This document shows positions 12,783 through 24,000 of a DNA stretch of 64,000 bases, piece after piece. Positions within the stretch are counted from its first letter, which is position 1. The number at the start of each line of letters is the position of its first letter. Source of the DNA: Antedon mediterranea (taxonomy: Eukaryota > Animalia > Echinodermata). Where the stretch lies: assembly GCF_964355755.1 (NCBI RefSeq), contig NC_092670.1, forward strand, positions 15,796,795 through 15,860,794. The letters run 5' to 3'. The position numbers were made by a program, and so were the translations under genes. The notes under the pieces were generated by a model. It did not search any database. It saw nothing but the letters and a program-made list of their open reading frames with translations, and was not told the origin of the DNA.

Positions 12783-13437
12783 TGAGGAAATTAAATATGC
12801 CAATGTAAATAGGTGATATTGATACATTTGAGTACGTATCGGCTGGTGGTCTAGAAAAAAATAATCGGATGCCATAATGTGAACTACAGTACATGATACC
12901 ATAGATATTATAGTGTAAAATATTAATATTCACTATAATCCTCTATGATACATTATACTTCATAGCCACACATAAATACTGATGTATGTCGGAAGGCTAT
13001 ATACTTTATGCATGCTGCCTGACTGCCAGTGATCTAAACAATTGGTACGCAGTTGTCTGGCGGTGTCCTTTGTACGAATCGTTCGTCCCCCAGCTCGCTG
13101 TGAGACGCGTCAATATCATGTTACATGCAGGGACCAAACATTTATTTTTCAGGTTAAAATCCGCAATTCATTTGCAACTCTTTACAGACTATATCGCTCG
13201 AAGTACGCTCATACAGGGAAAAAGGTACTGTATGAGTTATAGTTATTCCGAACGAGTTTACGAATTTTTTAATTTACGAACAACTTTTTGTACTGTGGGG
13301 CACGTATTTGGACGATTTTCGGAGATGAGGGTGAGGTATTGGGCATGTCGGGGATGGGGGTTCGCAGTCGGTTAAGGGGGGTTCGCTGTAAAGGGGGGGG
13401 GGGGGGGGGGTTCGCCCGAACCATAAAAACCCCCCCT

Positions 13438-13640
13438 CAGACGACTGAGCTAATTGATATTTATGACGTAATGATCAATTACGTAATACACGTATAAATA
13501 GATTATTATCAGCTTTTCAGTCATGTAATTGGTGGCGTAACGGGTAATGCTCAGTTTTGAGTGCTATCGGCCGGGGTTCGAACCTCGACGGTAATTTTTA
13601 TTTTTTGTAAATATTGTTTTTTTTTAAATAGAGATATGTC
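13438..13640 (+). repeat. Second copy of the module at about 4777-5008, containing a tRNA-like A/B box
   Basis: cgactgagctaattgat...ggtggcgtaacgggtaatgctcagttttgagtg...ggggttcgaacc...agagatat aligns to 4780-5006. Confidence 0.8.
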
Positions 13641-13691
13641 ACACTGTATTGTCGAACATGTATGGTACCATACCGGTAGGTATTCAAATAT

Positions 13692-14962
13692 GCTTAATAC
13701 GAAAAGATATTAAAATTCAGTGACTTATTTCTATTCACTGTGATCCACTGGCTCCAAGTTGGGTCCACTTGAGCACAGTGTATTAACATACGAAAAGATA
13801 TTAAAATTCCGTGAATTATTTCTATTTTATATCACTGTGCTCGCCTGGTGCCAAATTGGGTCCACTTGAGCACAGTGTATTAAAACACGAAAAGATATTA
13901 ACATTCAGTGACTTATTTCTATTTTATATCAATGTGCTTCCCTGGTACCAAATTGGGTCCACTTGAGCACAGTGTATTAAAATACGAAAAGATATTAAAA
14001 TTCAGTGAGTTATTTCTATTTTATATCACTGTGCTCTCTGGCTCCAAATAGGGTTCAATTGAGCAAAGTGTATTAAAATACAAAAAGATATTAAAATTCA
14101 GTGAGTTATTTCTATTTTATATCACTGTGCTCTCTGGCTCCAAATAGGGTTCAATTGAGCACAGTGTGTATTAACATACGAAAAGATATTAAAATTCAGT
14201 GACTTATTCCTATTTTATATCACTATGCTCCCCTGGCTCCAAATTAGGTCCACATGAGCACACTGTAATAACATACGAAACGATTATTAAAATTAGTGAC
14301 TTATTTCTATTTTATATCACTGTGCTCCACTGGCTCCAAATTGGGTCCAATTAAGCAGAGTGTATTAACATACGAAAAGATATTAAAATTAGTGACTTAT
14401 TTCTATTTTATATCACTGTGCTCCACTGGTGCTAAATTTGGTCCACTGAACCAGTTACCGTACTAGTCCCGGTACTAGTACTATTTCTATTTCCACCTAG
14501 TTCTGGCGGTGGAACAAGTCTTCTCGGATAAGGACTATAAACCGTAGGTCCAGTGTACACAGTTATAACCTGTGTGTACTTTAAAGAAACCCAGTTCATA
14601 TATATATATATTTTATTGTTAACCGTTTTTGATGTTGTATTGTTTTATGTTTCAAACCTGTTAGTGGCGGTATTTATCGCTGTTGGTTTTGATTGAATAC
14701 TAATAAAATAAAATAAAATAAAATTATTCGAAAAAGAGTAGGGGTTACCCCGGTGAACTGGTTCACACAATAGCCCCTGTATCAGGGGGATTACCACCTA
14801 TCTGATAGGACAGTGATTAATTCACTATTGGTAATCCTTGGCCACATTGCCTAAAGACATAAAATAAATAAATAAAAATAAATAAATAAATAAAGGCATA
14901 CATGGCGCTCCGTAGAAGTAGAGAATGCTCGATCGTCGAAATGACGCTCTGAATGTACTTCG
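13692..14962 (-). mobile_element. Right arm of the large inverted repeat: about 8 x 97-bp units plus terminal segment, interrupted by a DeuSINE
   Basis: ccacttgag recurs at 13765, 13862 and 13959 (period 97). The terminal segments 14455-14491 and 14890-14962 match 2241-2350 inverted. Confidence 0.8.
14493..14892 (+). mobile_element. DeuSINE/Nin-domain SINE (5'-truncated) with a nested LINE 3' tail (about 14598-14724)
   Basis: Core ggataaggactataaaccgtaggtcc...taaagaaaccc...aagagtaggggttaccccggtg resembles the Deu/Nin domain; (AAAT)n tail; other copies at 36150, 48810 and 63425. Confidence 0.8.
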
Positions 14963-15070
14963 TCAATCTCCATGTGTGTTATGGTGCGGTGGTGTGTGTG
15001 CGCGCGAGTTTGTTTTGATTTTTTTGTATTAATTAAAATGTATTTTTTAGTTTATGTTTGAGCTGCTAAA
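14895..15070 (+). promoter_or_regulatory. Probable PRKDC proximal promoter and 5' UTR
   Basis: Locally CpG-rich segment just upstream of the ATG, with ATGGCG (YY1-like) and TGCGCGCG (NRF1-like) motifs. The TSS cannot be determined from sequence. Confidence 0.4.
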
Positions 15071-18000
15071 ATGGGACAGGAAATCAATGAAATACTGGTA
15101 TCTTTGCATGGTTTTTTAAAAAGTCCTAGTTCTTCGCATTCTGGTGAACATGCCTGTTTGTTAGCGGCTGATTTGTCAACCACTTGCTTATCCCAGGCCT
15201 CAGAAATTAAAATAGGTCAGTACTGTACCGATTTTTCTTTTCCTTGCCTGTCGGCGTTTGGAATGGCAGGCGCTTAATGGTCGTTTCGTCCCACTTACTT
15301 GGTGAACGCCCTTTATACTTCTTCAATGTATTTTTAATTTATTTTGTTGTTATTGTAAATTAAAGTTTTATTATTATTATTGTATTGTCCCCCTGAAAAA
15401 ATAATTCTTAAAACAATTTTTTTAAATATTCCATTTTAATGTAACATAATACGGATTAGGCCAAGTTGAGCCGCCGACAAGTTGAGCCGCCGCCAGAAAA
15501 ACGTTATTTTCTATGAAACGCCAAATGCTTACTTTCGCCGGTGCTCGTTTCTATTTAATAGAAGTTCTATTTATATTAATTATTAGATATAATAACGATG
15601 TATATTCCAAAGTTTATATATCACGGTTTTTAGTATATATTATTAAATATTATAATTAAAGAGAAATAATTATGAATATCTGACTTGTTTGTAGATTCCA
15701 AAATATAAGGCCTAAAACATGACCGAAAGTGATCGTTTTTAGCCAAAAATGACGTAAACATGTTTCCCCCTTTAGGCGGCAGTTGTATGAACTAGGCCTA
15801 CTCCATTTTTCGGTAAAATAATTGCATAAAATCACCGTTTTTTAGTAAAATATTCTGTGTATTAACATTGTAAAATTCAATCAAATATGATATTAAAAGA
15901 TAGTAGATAAAAAATAATAATTATTTAACCTCATTCGAAGAGTATCAATACTCTATTACTTATTAGTCCTGAGAGACAACGTGATTTTACGCGAGAAAAA
16001 TATTATGGAGTGCACTGCATTTTTACCTTGAAAGATTAAAAACAATTAAATTATTAAATATGACTACTTTCCTTTGCTGTGTTGTTATGGCGGTTCAAAC
16101 CAACAAAATTGTAGTATGTAATTATTATTTATTTTCATGACACAATAAACCTAAAGACCATGAACTTATGTACTAGGAAACCCCTCTATCACTACGCGAA
16201 ATGTCGTAAAAGACGCACTGGGCGTTTCATAGAAATTACCGGCGGCTCAACTTGTCGGCGGCCCAACCGGTCATATCCCCATAATACTACACTACAGTAT
16301 AGTTATCCACTTTGACAAAAAATTGGATTAAAAAAATGTATTTACCTGGAAAAAAAATGTAATTTAAAGCAAAAAATGGTCAAATTGGCTGCCAGCCAAT
16401 AGATTTTTGGTTGAATTTTACCATTTATTTTGTCATTTTATAAGTGAAAACATGATTTTTTTTGTTTTTTTATATTGAAGTGATAAACTTGGTTAAAACT
16501 ACAAAATAACATATTCAAAGTCTGATTTAATTATTCTTAATTTTTCATGTTTTTGGGGGACAATACATCTTAACTGACATAACTTTTTGTATAAAATTTA
16601 AAAAGTTATAAATACTTAATCTAATAATGAATTATTTTATAAATCTTTTGATTTTTTTTCTTGCTTTTTGCAGCCTACTACTCATCTGTTCTTTTCAATG
16701 AAGAAAAAGGAATTTTATGTTTCTTAAAAACAGCTATCCAATATGATGAGGTAAGTCTGACCACCGTGACAGTAAATGATAACAAATGTGTAAAGGGTAA
16801 TCCCCTACATTACCTGTACAGCTCCATTAGAGAATGTGATAATTTTTACCCAAAGTTTTTCAAAACTTCGGGTAAATGTCACTTAACCTCCTACTGTGAC
16901 ATGTGTTTATTTAAGTCCAACTTTGATAGGCAGGTCATTAAACTATTTGATCATTGCCGAATTCTGCTAGTTTTTGCCTGACCATTGACCTTGCATACTG
17001 AAGAATGTACCTTGTCCTAATCAATCAATTCCAAGAGAGCTAATAATTAGCTCTCTTGGAATATAAATAAAATCACAGTAATCACCTGCTAAATTTATTA
17101 TCTGATAAGGATTTTGACCAAAAAGTTCTAATGGGGATGTACACCAAATGTATCAAGAGAAAATTTGATTAGCCATAACTGCTGAACTTATTAATAAATT
17201 ATTCATTTTCTGACGGTCTAAACTCCGGCAAACTAAGTGCACCAATGCCAATAAACTTTAACAACATAAGGTGTCACAGAATTTACTTAAAGATAATAAT
17301 AATAATAAACAGTATTTATATAGCGCCTAATGGATCACTGACCCCTCTAGGTGCTTTACATAGGACCTTAAATAATGGTAATAAACTATCCCCCGCCGGA
17401 CACCATTCCGGTATTTCTTAGTCGAGGTTTCGGGGATGGAGACAATCAATAATGTGAGAAAAAAAAATGTAACAAAGCTTAACTATGCTTAACTATGCTT
17501 AACTAAGGTAAAACTATCCCCCGCCGGACACCATCCCAGTATTTCTGAGTCAAGGTTTCGGGGCCAGAAGATGTATTTTCCCTTTGACTAATTCCATAAA
17601 AAACAAAACAGATTTCGAAAAAAAGTAGGTCATTTTGAAGTATCATAATAGTTATTAACTTTCATCAAAAATTAGTCGAAAAAAAAATCATTTAACTGGA
17701 ATACAGATGTTTTTTTGTTAAAAAAATAACTTTGACTTCCAGTGAAAGTTTTCGATCAAAACATATCCCATAATGGAACGTTCTTGGTTGGCTTCTCTGT
17801 ATGCATAATCATAAAACTTCCTTGCAATCTGTGTGAAAACACCTTCTTAACCGTGACGAGGTGTAAACAATCCTAATTAGCATCATAATGCATACTCGTA
17901 GTTTGAAATTTTTGTTTACTTTAGCTCGCGACGATTTTCCAGATGAAATGTAATAAAACTAATTTACCTGTTAATTCAGTAAACTTGTTGTTTTCGACTC

Positions 18001-21000
18001 AAATTTTCGACTGAAAGTGAATAAGTTTAATATTACTTTGATATGGCCAATTTAAATTTAGAATATTTTAACCTTCATTTTTTGTGTTTCAAGGGACAAT
18101 ACATCTTTAATAATTGTGTTCAAGAAATACATCCTCTTATGGAAATGTGTGGTTACAAGAATACCATTCATACTGTATATGTGTTATTTAGGAGTGTTAC
18201 ATTTAATATGTTTAATAATTTATATTCACAGTTCCTTGACTGTAAAATTGAATTACTTGATTTCTTGGTAAAGTTTATTGAGAAGATCAAAAACAAGATC
18301 GAACCTTATGCTGTAGCTATCAAGGATGTCAGCTTTGCCATCACCTGCAGAGACCCTAAAGCAAAGGTTAAAGTGAAGGCCTTTGTGGTTCTTATTAAAG
18401 TAAGCAAAAATGTTAAAATTAATTTTTTCTCCAACCCCATTCATTCATTTAATAACCTAAACTGATCAAGCAAGCTCTTGTATGGAAATGTTGAGAACGA
18501 AGCAGTGTAAATGGTTCCTCTGCTCTGATCATTTTTGTGTTTAAAGCGCTTAGAAACATTGTACTGTAGTAGGCGCTATATAAGACTCCATTATTATTAT
18601 TAAATTTACCAAACTATTACGTTTGTATTTTTTCAGCTGCTTGAGGTGGTTGGTAAGACCAAAAGCGGTCCTGATTTGAAAGCTGAACTTATGATCAAGA
18701 GGTTTTTCGGTGATTTAATGAATCCCACTAAACTCCCGCAAACAGGTTAGATAAATTAAATATCCAACAGCTTAGCCCTTGACTGGCTGGAAGGCTATTC
18801 AATCAGTGTTACACATTCTGTAGCCCATTGGTGTCCGCATATTAAGAAGTACACACCCAAGTTCCAGCATATTTAGTTGCCAAACAACCTTTTTCCCTCT
18901 CAGATCCTCTTACTTTTAGGCCTATTATTTAATGTTTATTTCAACATTCATTTCTGTTCATTTATATCATTTTATATTTTCAGTTAAACAACATTTATAC
19001 GTGATATTGGGCATTTTTGCAGAATTTTACCCCGAACTAATGATATCACTTTCAGAGAAACTTCTGCAGGTCTACCTCAAAACATTAAAAGATCAGGTAT
19101 AGTAAATAAACAAAAAATCAGTAAATTATTATATTTTTTAAATATTTGTATAGTAATTATATCTGTCGGATATCTTTGATCTCTGAATGTGTGATATGTA
19201 AAGAATTACCAAGCACGTGGATGTGCAGAAGATCAGAGATTCTGCACTGTGACTATAATATAAAAATATACAAGTAAAAATATAGTCTTGAGGCCAATTT
19301 ACACAGTTGAGCAGTAACAGTAAGCAGAAACCCGTGTAGCTTGACCCACAAAGAATCTGTAAACCACCCGTCCGCTCCATGTTGTGTGTAAATGGTCATA
19401 AGGAATTACATAGGTTCTATATTTGTATTACCTTTACTGCTCGTCTGTGTAAATTGGCCTTTATACTAAATACTGTTTGTCTATTTTTAGATGACATCTA
19501 AAAACAAAAAACCAGAGACTACGACCATTGCTGGATGTCTTGTCGGACTCACTCATTACCTGACAAGTTTTACTCAGTCTTGTGAAGAAGGTAGTCATTT
19601 TTAATTATAGCCAGTTGTCTTTATTTATTTGCACTGCTAAATGAAAAACATTTTACTTGAAAAAATAGTATAGTACTTTATAGTTGTTGACTTTTTTTAG
19701 TAAATAGGTTTGTACCAACAGATCATACCAATGGATCTTCAGGAGGGGTGTCTAGAAAACTCAGATATCTGAGTTTTCTAGATCTATATAAGTCAGATAT
19801 CTGAGTTTTTTTTTTCTAGACACCACTTCAGGAGCTTATTAAAATGTAATCTGTATCATCTTCAATATGGGAAAAAATTTTAAATAGTTTGTCACTATAT
19901 TTTTTTTGTCCAAGTATTTTGTGCTTGATCTTTCATTTTATTGTTATTTTAAAGAATCTGAACACACAGCAGTAATCTACCGCTATGCTAGTATGGCAAT
20001 CGACCCAACTGTTACGCTTGTGAGGTATAACATCCCTAAGGCCGGCTTACAGCTGTTTACCAAACATGCACCTCAATTCAATGATTACCTATACAGAGAT
20101 CATATGGTAAGTCAACTGATATATTGTAGTAATCCTTATCACAAAATCTTTTTTGAAGAGTAAACAAAACATTGAATCATTTTATAGGTAATTTATCAGA
20201 AGATTTATGATTGGACAAAACATAAGAATCGTGACATGAGCAAAGCGGGATACAGGTGTCTGGATTCTTTTCTTAAAGTGTTAGCTGACATGCTGGTAGA
20301 GAAGGCTAAGAAGTCTGACAGTGAGGGCAGAGCTATTTTTAAGGTAGATTTCGCAAATATAACAATAAGACAATGATACCACAATCATCAACAATCATGA
20401 CAATTAAAAAGTTTGTGTTTTTTTTTCATTTTTTTAGTGGTTTATTCAACAATTTAGAAGTATTATTGACAACCCATCCAGTGACAGTATGGACCTAGCA
20501 ACTGCAGTCAGAGGTTATGGCTTCTTTGCAGCTGTAAGTGCAACTACTTGTAGCTACAGGTATTTCTGGAACCTGAGGTACACCCTTATTGAGGGACACT
20601 TACCTGTGAAACAAACAAGGAGCACTTTATTTTTTAATACCATGGCTATCTCCTATTTATTCTTTATTCTTTATTTCAAGCCAACAGTGTAAAACACCAA
20701 TAACAGGTTGAAAATAAAATAACCAAACTATAAAATATAAGCCAATATAAATATATACAAAAATGTAAATAAGATTATTTAAATTTCATTAATAATACAT
20801 TTAAATTGAGAGAAATTACAGTCAAAGATATCTAAAGAATTATTTTTTAAAAGACAAGAATTGTACAAAGACGAGAGTCTACAGAAAATACCATTTTTAC
20901 AAACATTGACACGAGAAAATTTAACATGAAGAAAGGGTTTACTACGAAGATTACGAACAGGAACATTAAAATAAAACAACGAAACAAGGTTACAATCAAA

Positions 21001-24000
21001 CTTAGAAGTAAGACATTTATACAGGAATTTAGAAGATATAAAGGGAAACTTTGATTCCAAAGGTGTCATTAATCTGATCTAAACCCAACTAGATTTAATT
21101 CGTCACTATGACGAATTATAGGTTATATGCATTGATTTAATTAAAGATAATTGATTTTTAAAAGATATATTGATTGATTGATTTTCTCAGAATCTTTAAT
21201 TATTTATAATATATGATAGGACCTTGCTAACGCGAACACCATAGCCGGTATCACAATCCGATCAAAGATCCATATGCGTATAATGTCATAAACCACATTT
21301 GTTGTTACATAATAATAAAGACATAAGTTAATTTTTATCTAGATTTCATTATAAATCATGTGTATAATCTATACACTAAGAAATAAATTTGAACAAACAA
21401 TACGGATAATAAAAAAAAAATCTTATTTCGTTTCCCAAGGTGAGACTCGATCTCGGTACCTTGAATGCCATAGACACGAGCACAGACCACCGAGCCGTAC
21501 ACAACTGACTGAAAGTTGTAGAAAAATTCCTCCGTGTATTTACTATGCAGTAACCACTTTAATGCAAATAGATTATTACATACCGAAATGAATTATAATT
21601 TTTTACTATGATGACATCTTTAAAATGTATACAAATGATGCACTGTCAAACTACATACTTTTAACTTTAATATATGAATTTTTGAAGGAAGAAAGTTAAT
21701 GTTAAGTTTGTTATTTTGGCCTAAGAAAATGTCATAATTTGTTTGATTGTCGAAATTATTTTTTTTAAATTTAATATGCAATTAATGATGACTTAATCAA
21801 CTTTTGTTCTCTTTATTTGATAATAAATCATACATATGATACATACACTTCAAGAAAATGAAATAAAAAATAGGTGTTCCCCTGCATTCTGACGATATAT
21901 ATTAATTTTAAAATTGAGCATATTTTCACCATTTTGTTAACTTATACGTGCGTAGCCAGTCACTTTTGACGTGCTCGTATAACGCAATTTCGAGTTGAAA
22001 CCTGAATCAAATATGATGATATTATTAAAGAAAGATTGTAAAACAGAAATAGGGCAAAAAGAGTGCGCATCAACGTTTAACGCGCAGTGCGCGTGCAAAA
22101 ATCTGCGCACTCATGGCAATTTTTTAAACGCTTAAAATTGCCTGAAACGTACTCTAATTTCATCGAAAATAAATTTTGACAATTTTGAACATTTTAAGCG
22201 CGCGAACGCAAGCGTTATATGCGCTACGCACGTAATTTTATTGCCATATGATGAAATATAACCTGAAATTTATGAGTACCAAATTTTGTTTAATTGTGAT
22301 TCATGCTTGTGAAGATATGATTACAAACGTGATTTCGTAAAATCGCGCGTAGACCGCGTAATTTTTAATTACGCATCGTGAAAATATAACCACATCGATT
22401 CCTGGCCATGAGGAATATACTCTGAAAACTTGACTTAGCTAGATTAAACTGATGCCAAGATAATGCACGGACAAAATAGTGCTAAGGAAAGAATAAATAA
22501 ATAAATAAAGATTTTGACAGAATCAAGAGGTTATATGCATATCATGCATATAACCTAATTAAAAGCAGAAATTAGATTAGATTTAGAATACTAAACTAAT
22601 ATTGTCAAATAACAGAACTCAAACTGGACACATCAACCCTATTGTAGTCACCCCTTATTGTACATATTTTATGTCCCTGACCTAGAATTTACTGATATTT
22701 GCATTGTTCTGGTTTTTTTTTCTAGCCCTGCAAACTATTTTTATCCAAAGAAGATGTGCAATTTATGTTCAGTGAAATGATTCAGAGAAGCGAACAGATT
22801 TACCTACAGTCAGTATTCCCCTTCAAGATGTTTTGTTTATACATTTTGTTATAACCCTCTTATAGTATAGTTGTTTTATTTTAACAAGTTTCATTTATGT
22901 ATATAGACAAGATGTTTCAGAGGAGAAAGTTAGCCACCTACCAAACTTTTTGGAAGCGCTTGCCAGTATTATTGAACAACTGGATCAGGTAGAGGCAATT
23001 GTCATATGTTTATAACACTGTTTCTGCAGTAGTTGTTCATCTGACTTTTTTAACACTGTTTCTGCAGTAGTTGTTCATCTGACTTGTGCATCCTTTAGAA
23101 GGGTAGTGGGGTTATCATATCATATAGCATTTATTTCACCAAATTTCAAATGCAGTACAGTAAAACATAAAAACAGTAAAAAAGTAAATTAAACCAAATC
23201 TTAAAACTAACATCTCTCACAGCAGTGAAGTTTCTAATAAATGTAAATATTGAGAGAAAAAAGATTGGGTGAACAAAGGGATTTTAATTTAAAGTGGTTT
23301 TTTTTTGTCAGCTTTCTGATTCATTTCTGCTGTCTTTGGAGAATCTTTGCTCTGTCATGATCAACAACTATCCACAAGTGCCAACCTTTCAACAGTTTCT
23401 GTGTACAAATGCAATACTCAATGTTTTTATTACTCTTGCACCTAAAGGTTCAACTCTTAAAGACCTTCTATCGGTTGTTGGTAAGTCCATACAAACAAGT
23501 TAATTCTTTTTCATCTGTTCATTCATGTATTCATCAATTTGTAATTTGATTTAATTAAATGTTTTGATTTTTATTTTCAACAGTTTATCAAGGCATATTA
23601 AAAACCATTTCTCACAAGGTGCAATTTGATATGGTAAGTACAGTATCATTATTGGAAGTGGCTATTGGTACAGTCAACCATGCATTTAATTTCTTGCCTC
23701 TTATTTGCACAGTTGACCATGTGTCTAATGTTTCTATCAGCATTGACAATGGCAATAGAAAACAATTATTTTGACGCATACTTAACCATGTTGATACCCA
23801 TCACACTGAACATTGAAGAATCTAGTTTGCATACATGACCATCTGGTCTATAGAAACTTAAATTACAGCCGTATCTATATCCTCATCCATCTTTATTAAC
23901 ATAATTCAATAGATTAACTATTTCCAGTGTATAATGCACACTATTTCCAACATGTTAATACTTAGACTACTTTAAACAATGTTTAGAGTGTCTCTAGAAT

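Noticed and set aside
12986-13497. Overlapping ORFs of 66-129 aa upstream of PRKDC (possible MCM4 or transposase exon)
   Set aside because: No recognisable motifs or consistent splice structure; the ORFs run into a poly-G tract and a repeat module.
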